DNA of 63,584 nucleotides, filler included, from Perkinsus chesapeaki ATCC PRA-425 (lineage: Eukaryota > Protista > Perkinsozoa): NCBI GenBank assembly GCA_013115145.1. It is 8 parts of 8 records of this genome, joined end to end, with 100 filler letters (N's around TTAATTAATTAA, not from the genome) between each part and the next. Parts side by side here need not be neighbours in the genome. Positions count along the whole stretch, not along the records: positions 45,838 to 58,022 come from JAAPAO010000821.1; positions 58,123 to 63,584 come from JAAPAO010001157.1; 6 more parts are not named here. One strand, 5' to 3'. Under the pieces are notes generated by a model. That model saw only the letters and a list, made by a program, of their open reading frames with translations. It ran no database searches and was not told the origin of the DNA. Positions 52,885-63,584 of the stretch are shown piece after piece (positions within the stretch are counted from its first letter, which is position 1; each line of letters starts with the position of its first letter). Made by a program: the position numbers and the translations under genes.

Positions 52885-55031
52885 CTAAACGAGTCCTATT
52901 CGGCTGAACCTCACGAAAGCCTCTGCAGAGTCACCGTAATCCCACTTCCCAGCAGCCCTCATCGATTTCTCAACCCACTTCAGTTTAAATCCAAGTCCAA
53001 AACTTTCACAGTCTTCATCCAAATCAAGTTCGACAAACTGCATCGACACCGCTGGTCTGGGAATAGTCACCGCGAATGCTCCGCGAGCACTGCTGCCCAA
53101 TGCACCTGATAAGTCCACTAGAGCTCAAAACCAAAGAGCTCTCACCAATCGCTGTCGACGGATCCCCAGGAGCTGGATAATACAGCTTGTTCTCAGCGAG
53201 GAGCTGATCTCGTTGCTCGAAATATCCTTGCCGATTTTGATTGAAGAAATAAGGCATTTGAACCTGCAGATATATATTTCAATCATCACCATGAACAGAC
53301 GAAAGCCAGAAGCTCAGAAAATCAACTGAGAAGATCCGCCTGGGCTGAATTTTTCATGCACCCCCTCCAAAAGAGCTTTTTCCAGAGAGGGTTTGCCCTC
53401 CTCGCAATCGCCACCTACCGCAGCATTTGTATGATCGCATCGTTTGTCCGCACACAGTCCATTCTGCATACAGCAAACTGTGAATTTCGCGTCTGGCCGC
53501 AATTTGTCCTTCCACAGGTTGGACGTTTGAACCTAAAATGAACAAGCAGGAAAACTGACTCATTTCCGACCCTCATTCTTCAATCCTGCTCATTCAGTGA
53601 GCCCCGCAGCGAACTGTGAAACACGAAACTTGACCGGGATCATACTTAACATAGATTTCAAAGCACCTGTTGATGCTCGGCAACTACCCCTGGCTCGCAA
53701 CTTCGGCATATTCCTTTCCGAGCAAAATTCGATATCTTCCTCACCGTGGTGACGTGTTGCGATCACTCCAAAAATTTGCGGAGACAAAAACCGATACACT
53801 CGAGCTATCTCTTGTTGAAACCTTCGATCAACCGTATCAAGAATTATACCGGATTTTTTACCCCCCTTAAAACGCCCGATTATTACAATATCCTCTGGCC
53901 TATATATCTCATTGAGCTCCAACCTCAACCATAATGGCCTTCTCGAAACGCGCATAGGATAGTGCCCGCAAGATACCGCAGCTTTAATCTGTGGGAAAAT
54001 CGGTATGAAATAAAAAACTACGACTCACCAATCGAAGCGCGCCCTCCTGGGTCAAACGATTATGCGAAATCTGTATTGCTGTCATTGGGAACGCTGCAGG
54101 TTGATTATATAAATATCTGAGGCAATCGCAAGGCTATGAAAAGCTGGAAAAATTCTGACTCAGGGAAGATTTTCACCAAGGGAAAGTTTTCACCATCAAA
54201 CCTATTTATGGTTCCAGCAATGATTGATGAAAGCGTCTATCTATTATATAATCATTTGCTTCAACTATCAATACTACTAGTTCTACTATTTTTCGGACGA
54301 TGCTGAACTTGGCAGCTTTATAGCATTCCCATCTCAGCTCTCCAAGCTGCACCACTAATTACACCCCCATCGTTAGTTATAAACTACATACACGGATCTT
54401 AATGGCTTCATACGACGACAACATCTTTGACCAGCTCTGATGATTCCCGATATGTCCCACTGCGCACACACTTGCCACCTTCAGACCTTTCCTAATATGC
54501 TCATACATCGTCCATCTCTACGTACACCCAAAAAGTCAGAATCCTCTCATCGTCAACACGCGCATAATTCTCAGAGACGGAAATGACAACGAAGCCTGCC
54601 ATACTGACGAGCCAGATTAGATCCTAACCTCCTGGCACGAGCTGTTTCGTATAGAAGAATCTTGGCGGATCAAGCAACAGTACTCACTATAAAGATTCGC
54701 TATCGTACCAACAACGAGAATAACCAGAAACGCGGGATCCTTATATCAATTTTCCCGCGCGCCGTCATATTACTCTACAAAAGTATCCACAACCTCATCG
54801 GTTAAAACATTCCTATATGCTCGCATAACAACGCATGGAACCTGAAACGCAAAGATACCCCGCCACCGCACTATAAAGAATTTTTACCTCATGCGCTCGG
54901 AGTGTATTCAAGAGCATCTCGATTCCTCGAGAGCCCACTCGATTGTCGCTAAGATCCACAGTGGCTCCGGTGCGCTTTACGTACTTATAATTTCCCAGCA
55001 CAACCTGATTGAAGGGGAAATACATTACCAA
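52885..55031 (-). CDS. Probable multi-exon leucine-rich-repeat-containing gene (structure unresolved)
   Basis: VDLSDNRVGSRGIEMLLNTL (RI-type LRR) plus several downstream exon-like ORFs; may begin near 56497. Confidence 0.35.
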
Positions 55032-57147
55032 AGCCTCTAGAAGTGATAGAAGGTTTCACAACGCACTCGGGGAAGGGATTGATCCAACCTCGAAGATATC
55101 TTTTCGATAGCAGAAAGCTCTTTTCATAAACGCTACGTTAATAGCACATACTAGATACAATATGAAAATATGACTCAAATGTAGAGATAGAGTACGTAAT
55201 ACAATTCTAGTGTGCAGGTATAATATAAAATATATTCTCCGTAGGAAGATTTGACGTACAAGGTGATCCCAGTGAAGAGGAGAATTATATAATAAAGAAC
55301 ACGATTCTCGGAGGAAAAGCTGATGAACGAAATGATGTCAGTGACGAAAATTAATACAAAGTATAATTCTCTGTAGTGATACAATTATTTATATGACCCT
55401 TTTATGAAAATATAATTTACCATACAAGAACTCGACTGGTGACGCGATCACCCAAGATGGTTCTAGCGACCGACTTCTCTGTCAATGTCAATACTGTGGA
55501 TTCGACAACTGCTAGCAAAAGGACAATAATTTCCAATAGTTAGTTGAAAAAGATATTTGATATTTCACAAGTAGATATTTTATCGTGCCGGAATATTAAC
55601 CGGATGTCGAGTGCCCCGAAAAGCTTGCAGAAGATTCGTTTGGATACGCCAGATAAGAATCTATTGACACCTCAAATGCTCGACTAGTCTAGATAGTGCC
55701 TATTGGTGATAAATCGAATTTTGCGATTTGCACAATATTGGTATTTTATTACGCATGATATCCACTTGTATGCGAAATTAGCGTGCCCGCCAAGGAGTCA
55801 TCTAGCCTCGCAGAAACGTGTTTCACGGGGATTCCAAGATACTACTAATCGGGAGATACGCCGGAAATTTCGCTGGAAAGTATGCTCCTCGACCTCAACT
55901 GCGTTCGTTGTGGGAATATTTAGTAATCCTCTATAATCTCCCTGCTACTACCGGTAATTTACGTTGGTCGAGCCACTCGCAAAATTTGACCAATGCCTCG
56001 TCGTCGACAGGCGGTGTCCGTCGACTGAGGTCCACGAATAATTGGCCTTCTCGAACCTACAATCGGGAAATAGATATTTTAAAGCGTACTGGAAATGCTC
56101 TAATTTCAATCAAGCACAAGTACTAGTAGAACCAATAACAAGGAGGCAGCTTTCGGGAATCTCGATTGGCCAGTTAATTTCCCACCGTACGCGAACACAG
56201 TCATCGTCCCAGTGAGATCCGCAACCGCCAACCGTCACATTAGGCAGATTCGACTCAATATTATTTGCCTGAAAAACACGTCATTGCCGCGAAAGATATT
56301 TCAGAGGTCACCCTGTAGAAGGCCATGGCAGCGATATCGTCTTCGTCCATATCCTCGTCACTAGGCCCGTCTATTATGTCCAGAGGAGTATCGACATTGG
56401 TTCCCATTTCAGAACAAGAAGGCATGTGCAACTTAGGAGCAGGACCCGGCGCGGACGACAAAAGCGCTCGCCCAAATGATCGATTTAACTCTGGCACAGA
56501 CTATCTCTTACAGAGCTGGGGCTTGGAGCACGCGTGCACAGGTAGAGCCTCGAGCGAGCGTCGCGGTATCGGTTGAAAATATAAATGAACTATAAACTAT
56601 AACACCACAAAAAGGCTTGAGCCGAAGCAACCAATACACTCTCCTGGGACAACCACTATAAGCGAAATAGCTACACTTGACTTATGCTACAAGAATGCGT
56701 GCACCGATCTGGATCTGCCGAGATCTTGCAAACCTATTTTTTTTCGGCTACCACGTGTAGGGGACCGCATGGTAATCCGAACACTAGCCATATTCGGGCA
56801 CTAAGTCGTTCTGGGGCGGAGGAGCACAGAGTTGGGCGTTTTACGTATTTTAGCGATTTGAGATATCCACTCGGCGTGTGACGCGGACATGGGCAAAGAA
56901 AACCACGATTTCTGCCGAACACGCCTCGTTCGAAGAGTGCCCCACTTCTTCCCATACCTGGGCTGGCCACACAAGATGAAACTACTCTTTTGTTTTCACC
57001 AGAGTTGACATTGCCACCCTGACAAGCGTGATCAGAAATTACGAGGCGCGCGAATTTGGTCAACTCCTGCATGCCTTCCTCTGGGAATAGCTTATCACGC
57101 TTTCCTCGAACTGCAAATTACGGTTTTTTACAGCACCCTAAATTTTC

Positions 57148-58022
57148 ATGAAGCACCACGGCGCAGTTCTTGCCACTGTTCTATCCTTGGGCTGCTACAT
57201 TCAGGACGTGACTGCCTACTACACACGCGGTCGCACCTCGGCAGAGCCCGGCGAAGAGACCAAGTCCCTTGAAGAGCTTCATGCCGAGGCCCTTGCCGAG
57301 GGGTTCAATCTTGTCGTATACCACGGTGGAGACCATGCAACCCAACAGCAAACCGTGGTCGACGCCTTCCGGGAGGCCTACCCTGATATTAATCTCACAA
57401 TGGTTGTCGACTACAGTAAATATCACAATGCAAGAATCGATAACCAGCTCGACACCAATACACTGGTGCCAGACATAGTGGCATTACAGACTCTCCAAGA
57501 CTATCCGAGATGGAAAAGAGAAGGCCAGTTGCTTCACTACAAGCCTGCAGGATTCTCTGCCGTCTACGATGGGTTTAAGGATACTGCAGATGGTGCGTGG
57601 CTCTCACATGCAGTCTACACCTTCAGCTACTTCTATGACACTGACATCCTAGAGTCTCATGGACTTAACCCACCAGCCACCGCGGAAGAGTTGGCCGACC
57701 CTAAATACACCGACCTTATTGCCTCGGCGTATCCACATGACGATGATGCTTCAATGTTCCTCTATTGGCGCTACGTCCAGAATTATGGCTGGGATTGGGC
57801 CAGAAACCTATCAAAGTCCAACGTTGACTTCAACCGTGGGTCTCACACGCCGAGGGTGGCCCTGGAACAGCGGCGCAAAGCCATTGGGATGGCAGGCAGC
57901 GCTCCCAGGCTACCAACGGTCGAGGTGGCGATTGGTCCTAATGCGACGTCTGAATACCTTGCATGGGGGCAACGTATGGCTATCCTAAGGAAAGCCCGTC
58001 ATCCGGCAGCTGCTAAGCTCTT
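57148..58022 (+). CDS. Secreted periplasmic-binding-protein type 2 (ABC-type Fe3+/thiamine/polyamine solute-binding-like), intronless, 3'-truncated
   Basis: Signal peptide; EETKSLEELHAEALAEG..LVVYHGGD, FREAYPDINL..VVDYSKYH, DIVALQTLQDY, YKPAGFSAVYDGFKD, YPHDDDA, AILRKARHPAAAKL. Confidence 0.85.
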
Positions 58023-58122
58023 NNNNNNNNNNNNNNNNNNNNNNNNNNNNNNNNNNNNNNNNNNNNTTAATTAATTAANNNNNNNNNNNNNNNNNNNNNN
58101 NNNNNNNNNNNNNNNNNNNNNN
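58023..58122. other. Artificial contig-joining linker
   Basis: N44-TTAATTAATTAA-N44. Confidence 0.99.
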
Positions 58123-59063
58123 TAATTGACCCTTAGCGGTGTAGGTCTGCCCCCACCTTGCCCCCCCCACTGTCAAGTACCCAGCTACGCCACTGCTTCG
58201 TACGCCATATCACGCCTTTGGTGTTCATATCGCGATCTATAAGTATACTGAAGACGACGCTCTGTTGTTGATCAGATTCCTGAGGGATGTTGTCGTGGGA
58301 ATGATGTTGCTGCCTCCCCCATCACTACTAGCATCTCATATAGATCCCAACCACCACCACCAGCAGCAGCGGGGCTACTACACACCCGAGAGCCTCACTC
58401 CTTCATCCCATGGAAGCTTATCAGTGTGATGATGAGCAGCAGCAGCTGTATAACTACTACTTGTCGTTATATCATACTATGTTGCGTTCAAGCTTGTAAA
58501 TGGATGGAGCATTCTGCTGCCTGTATATCGACTATCTACCCCTTTTTCTATCGCTGCCTCATCTGCTGTATGCTATATACCGTAGCAGAGGCCCGCTATG
58601 CTTTGGCGTGGGGAGTATCAAAGTAATGTTGTCACATAGTGCAGCGTATAACACTGCTATATGCTGCGCTATATAACACCGCCGCCGTGATGCTTAACAG
58701 CAGCTGTTATGATAATAGTTAGTATTCGCTGCTTCTCGTCATTAAACTTAGAAAAACCGTGGAGATTACCCTGCGGAGGTATTCGTAGTGATTACCTGTG
58801 TTGCTTTACATAGTTGTGCAGTTTGCCGTAAGTGTTGTATTCGTAGTAGTATAGCCCCGGATGATGGCGATGCTGGGATATCTGCCATCGTGCATCAGCC
58901 TGGACCTCGTTGTCTCGTGTCTGTTCTAAGCCAGCAGCCGTTGGGGGAGCTATATTATATGAGTATTGAGTTTAGTCGTAAGATTTGTTTGTTACTACCA
59001 GCGCGAGTTGTGGTGTGAATTCCTGTCATTAGGCCTTGGTAACATACTATATATTATTTGATA

Positions 59064-60851
59064 ATGGTTGTCAATAATTCTTCCTCTTCATCATCATATT
59101 CCCCCCCTCATCGAGCGCCCCTCATGACCACACGGCACATCCTACCTGAGCGTCAAGTGACGCTGGACTTGGCATCAGCTGCTGTTGCTGGTTCGGGGGT
59201 GGAGTTCCCGCGGTTCAGAGAGGGCGATAAGGTCGAGTATTACAGCACCACCTATTCGCGCTGGGTGCGCACTACGGTGACGAAGGTCAATCACCATGAG
59301 CTTACTTACGATCTTGAAGCCAAATCCAACGCTAGAATGAACCGGGTCCGAACGCCCAACTCTCGGCCAGCTGCGGCGACAGCCACTACTGTAGCTCCTA
59401 AGCCTGGCGGCGGCGGTGGTGGGGGGGATGCGCCGATGCGAGGGGAGGGCGACTATGAGATTAATGATGGTGTGCGGTATTATAGTCTCACCCACGATCG
59501 ATGGGTGGACGCCACTGTTATAGGTTTATGCGACGATGAGGCTTATGTAGACCTGGATGTTAAGCGGAAGGCTAACAGAACTAGGATTCGGAAAAGGAAT
59601 TGGTGCCCAGCTGACGAGGTCAGGCTGGATGACGATGCTGCTGTTACGCCTGCCAGGACGAAGGCTGCTGCTTCGAGCCTAGCGGGATCTGCACGCCGCC
59701 AGACGGTGGTTCCGATGCGGCAGGCAAAAGTTTCGGCAACGGCGACGGCAGGTTTGCTATCTAAGAAACGTTTGACGATGTCAGGGCGAAGCTCTTCGAC
59801 TTTCGACCCAAATGCTTGCTTTTCGGTGCTTGTGTCCGAGCTGGGGCTACAAGGCGGCACTGGCAGCAGCAGCATCACCATCAATTCGATGAGAGGCTTC
59901 ACTGGTGGCATGAATGGTGGTATATGGTTTGTCAAGGTCAACGGCGTCAACAAACTGTGTTTAAAGCTTGTATCGGCCCAGCGGAAGTGTGCACAACTGC
60001 CGACCGAAGCCGACAATTACCTTGATCTAGCTAAGCGGTTTCCCTGCCTGACATGCCGAAGCACGTTGGGTGGCCTCCTGGCTTTTCCGGTCAGGATATT
60101 CGACGTTCTCTCGCCGACACCGTCCGGCACGTCCCGGGTGTTGTTCAATCTTATAGCGATGCCTGTCGCCAAGGGCGTTCGGCTGGCTGAGATATTGGGG
60201 CGGAAGGTTCATGCACGCGAAGACAATTCTGCGATCTTGCGGGAGGTCGGTCGGCAGCTCCGACGGTTCCACGAGCGTCTCAACGGCTCCACAGGCCCGG
60301 GGCGGCTGGAAATCCAGCACACCGACTTTCAGCCGTGCAATATCTTTGTGGACGAGCCCAATCTCGGGGTTGGGGAGAACGGCGGAGTTACATTTGTCGA
60401 TCTTGGCGGGATGGGAGTGACGGTGAAGGAGGGCGACTATGAGCATCTGGTGAAGTCTCTGAGGTTGCTGGGTCAAACGTATGGTCAGGATTTCGTTCGT
60501 ATGTCGGTCAGCGCGTTCACCGATGGTTATGGTCATGACGCCCGAGGCAGCCATCGAAGTGGCGGAGCAGGCGGCGGTGGTGGTGGAGTAGGGGGGAGTG
60601 TTAGAGGATCTGTGCCCGTCCCGTATCGCCAAACAGCCTTGGATGGCCCTAAAGTTAACACGACAACAACCAATCGTATTGTAGCTAGTTGTAGAAGCCC
60701 GACCTATCGGATCGCTACGGGAGGTAAGACATCAGCTCGGTACACGCGCTGGTCGCCTGTTGGTAAGAATGTGAGGAAACCTTCCGAAATTCCGTTAGGC
60801 TTTCGCATATCCAACCTTGAAGCGTGCATTCACTGCTCATATTTCTTATAA
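59064..60851 (+). CDS. Protein with two Tudor/Agenet-like repeats and an APH/choline-kinase-like phosphotransferase domain
   Basis: FREGDKVEYYSTTYSRWVRTTV and YEINDGVRYYSLTHDRWVDATV repeats; GGMNGGIWFV, CLKLV, LREVGRQLRRFH, HTDFQPCNIFV, FVDLG; one long ORF, start codon uncertain (59064 or 59124). Confidence 0.75.
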   Translation: MVVNNSSSSSSYSPPHRAPLMTTRHILPERQVTLDLASAAVAGSGVEFPRFREGDKVEYYSTTYSRWVRTTVTKVNHHELTYDLEAKSNARMNRVRTPNSRPAAATATTVAPKPGGGGGGGDAPMRGEGDYEINDGVRYYSLTHDRWVDATVIGLCDDEAYVDLDVKRKANRTRIRKRNWCPADEVRLDDDAAVTPARTKAAASSLAGSARRQTVVPMRQAKVSATATAGLLSKKRLTMSGRSSSTFDPNACFSVLVSELGLQGGTGSSSITINSMRGFTGGMNGGIWFVKVNGVNKLCLKLVSAQRKCAQLPTEADNYLDLAKRFPCLTCRSTLGGLLAFPVRIFDVLSPTPSGTSRVLFNLIAMPVAKGVRLAEILGRKVHAREDNSAILREVGRQLRRFHERLNGSTGPGRLEIQHTDFQPCNIFVDEPNLGVGENGGVTFVDLGGMGVTVKEGDYEHLVKSLRLLGQTYGQDFVRMSVSAFTDGYGHDARGSHRSGGAGGGGGGVGGSVRGSVPVPYRQTALDGPKVNTTTTNRIVASCRSPTYRIATGGKTSARYTRWSPVGKNVRKPSEIPLGFRISNLEACIHCSYFL

Positions 60852-61377
60852 GCTTTGTGCTGATTTGTCACGACAGTGTCTCCTCCCCTTCAGATGCCAA
60901 CCGCCACTGTACGGTAGTCCGGCGCGGTTATCCGAGAGGTGGGCAGCAGCATCATCCGCATTGAGCCTACCGTGATCATCGATCATGATAATGGTGGATA
61001 TGAAGATGATGGTGCCTTGCTGCTGCTGCTGCTGTTGTAGAGTATCCCATAATGGAGCTTCTTGTTTGTATTATTATATCCCTCGCTGTTAAGCTTGAAT
61101 TGAGCATCACCTCTAAACTTAAGCTACAGCACACTCATCTTGCGTTCTCTACACCTCACGACTCTGTTACTTAAGGCCCTTTTTTTATTCGCTTTTTGAT
61201 TATAAATGATATATTAAATACACCAATTTTCACTTTGAAATTCGTGACCATTTTTTGACTTGACATGTGTGGGGTTCGAACCCGGGTCGTTTGAATGGAA
61301 AATTTGGCGGAGCGTAGCAGCCCCTTTTTAATTCGCTGTGACAATCCAAGAGCACCTGTTGTCATTGTTGCCTGATC

Positions 61378-63119
61378 ATGTCTACTGCTGCCATTCTCCC
61401 ACCCCCGCCGGACTTCGGTTCCATCTCCCTCGCTGGTAAGGCTGTCGACTTCCATCGCAACCTGCTGGTCGGTATCCGAGAGCCCCATCTTATGTTGCCG
61501 GTAAGCTGGATGATGCTGGGGAGGGATTAGGCCGCCCGCCACCACTTTGTATGTGTTAGATAATCGACTATATGGAAGACCATCAGCTGTACGATGAAGC
61601 TAGCATAAAGGCATTGCGGATTCAAGTGGTGAAATCGACGCGTATGGTCGACTTGCTGGTAGTAAACTGTCTAGATTCGTGGAGTACTGTGATGATGAGG
61701 TAGGGCGACCTTACGGGAGAGGACATGTCGGATGCTCGGGCCACCTTGGAGAAGGAGCTTGCCGATGCCGAGGAGGCTGCAGAGAGCGCTATGAAGCTGA
61801 TTAAAGACCAGGATCTTTGGGCTAAGATCCAGGCAAACACAGAGTAGAGCGTTTCGGTGGTGGTTTTGGTAGCGGAAATCCTCTCAGAGGAGTCTCGTTT
61901 GGAGCGCTGGTGCTCGATTATGGCTTTCCAGACGATATCCTTGACAAGGTGTATCACCTGGGCCGACTTAACTATCAAGCTGGACGCTACGAGGAGGCTT
62001 ACTCGGCCCTGCAGGTGAGGGATCGTCTCACCTGATGCATGATGATGGGCCCAGGTTTACCGTACACTTCTGACGTACCTCGGACCTAAACAGCACCACA
62101 AGCACATGTTGTCCTCACTGTGGGGTTCGTTGGCTTGTGCCATCCTTACTGGACAGGTAGTGGTATATCATCTATGATTGTTGGTATTACTATTTGGTAG
62201 TTCGATGCTAGTGTTGATCTCATCAGCAAGCTATTTGAGCTGTACCAATACGAGTCTTCGGGCCCCTCAAGGCCTGTAGGTGAGGGAGCTGGTAACTATG
62301 CCGAGTCAGTAGCCGTTCTTATCCACTGGAGTCTCTTCCCGTTGTTCCGGTAAGCCCCAGTTCGGCCTCGGTGTTGCTATTAAGGTTGCTATCAGAGCAC
62401 CATCGCCTGCTTTATGCCTCTCTCCCAAGCTGGTTATGTTGCTCACCAGAGTAAAGGCTCTCCAAGCTATCATTTCCACTGGCAACTTCCACCTGCTCAG
62501 GTTCGATTATATTCTCTACAATTTCTTAGGATATCTTTTCAGGTATGTCGCACTCGTGGCGCTCATTTCACCACAACAGCTCGCCCAATCTGGTGCGAGC
62601 AAGCGAGATACGCCTGCCAGCACTCCGGTGTCGCTACTTGCCCAGTACCTGGAGGGCCAGGAGGAATGGTAGTATGATCGGGTTCGATGGGGATCAGGGC
62701 TCGACCGTCGGTAGGTACTCCGATTGTTTCACGAAGCTTATGGTGGCTGTCTACGTTAAAGCTGACTTTGTAGGGGCCAAGGAGGCGGCTAGGGAATGCC
62801 TTGCCACAAATGATTACTTTACTAGTGGCATTGAACAGGATAACCAAGTAGTAAATATAGGAGATATTTAACAGTAATTGACGGATCAGATCGCTCTTGG
62901 CATTGGTCGGACTCTGGCCAGTGCCATGATGGTTGTATACCGAACTAACGATTTGGTGGCATCTCTCAGCAATATGATAGGTAGACTGTCATGCTGGACG
63001 GTGTGCATCAGTGTGTGTCAGGTGTTAATCACGACGTAGCTGAGCTATCAGTCGAGACAGCTAATAGAGGGCGCCGTAGTGGACTTACTTCGGGTGAAGC
63101 CACCGAGACCGAGAGCTAA
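61378..63119 (+). CDS. EIF3E: Eukaryotic translation initiation factor 3 subunit E (divergent), multi-exon
   Basis: EPHLMLPIIDYM...TRMVDL, VYHLGRLNYQAGRY, LSSLWGSLACAIL, VLIHWSLFPLF, YSDCFTKLMVAVYVKADFVGA...NDYF. Confidence 0.85.
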
Positions 63120-63213
63120 TAGAAAATGGTTTTTTGGTACTGTTTCCATTCTATTTATATCTCGTGTTCGAAGGTTAATACTTCGTCCGGTTCACGCCGT
63201 CTTGCAGCTTGTA

Positions 63214-63584
63214 ATGGTTCTTCTACATGTTAAGCGCTCTTCTCCCGAAGGAGAGTTCCTCTTTGAGACTACAGTCAGCATTCCAATTACTGGATTGAAG
63301 GATCAGTTGGTTAAGCTACACAACAAACGGATCAAATGTCTTCGGTAATCCGGTACCACCTGGAGTCTAGCTCATCTCCATACATTGGCTCGTGTGTAGT
63401 AGATAAACTCTGTTGCCAGCCATTCTCTCTCTTGTCTTCTAATTTACTAAAGAAAGCAGCTCGTAGAAGTTAACAACAACTCCTAATGACAAAGGAAGTT
63501 GTGCATATGGCCTTCCGTTGTGTTAGTTTGGCGGATGCCTTGAGGGAACTGGCGAAGCATGGGCCTTTAAGACCGGAAGAGACT
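63214..63584 (+). CDS. CFAP298: Cilia- and flagella-associated protein 298 (C21orf59 homologue), 5' part
   Basis: MVLLHVKRSSPEGEFLFETTV...LVKLHNKRIKCLR, intron, LADALRELAKHGPLRPEET. Confidence 0.85.

Overview
Eukaryotic genomic DNA, probably a Perkinsus-like flagellated alveolate. The organism is an inference from gene content, compact genes and many 30-60 nt introns. The window is not contiguous: eight contigs are joined by seven artificial 100-nt linkers (N44-TTAATTAATTAA-N44), so adjacency across linkers means nothing. Host genes: a 5'-partial DNAH6-like axonemal dynein heavy chain with >40 introns and an antisense tRNA-Glu(CTC) inside one intron, an NmrA-like oxidoreductase, a disrupted GH30 glucosylceramidase, a YjjX-type ITPase/XTPase, RER1, PDIA6, a cyclophilin, two cathepsin L paralogues, an intronless secreted solute-binding protein, a tandem Tudor/Agenet-like plus phosphotransferase protein, eIF3e and CFAP298. 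Mobile elements: Ngaro/DIRS-like, two hAT transposase relics, Gypsy-type and BEL/Pao-type LTR retroelements. The most unusual signal is a recurrent class of perfect odd-length palindromes with one unpaired central base and 7-26 bp arms, unrelated to each other in sequence. Two copies match exactly, and one nearly, the footprint expected after hairpin-mediated (hAT-type) excision from an 8-bp target duplication. Deleting one of them restores a broken transposase reading frame.
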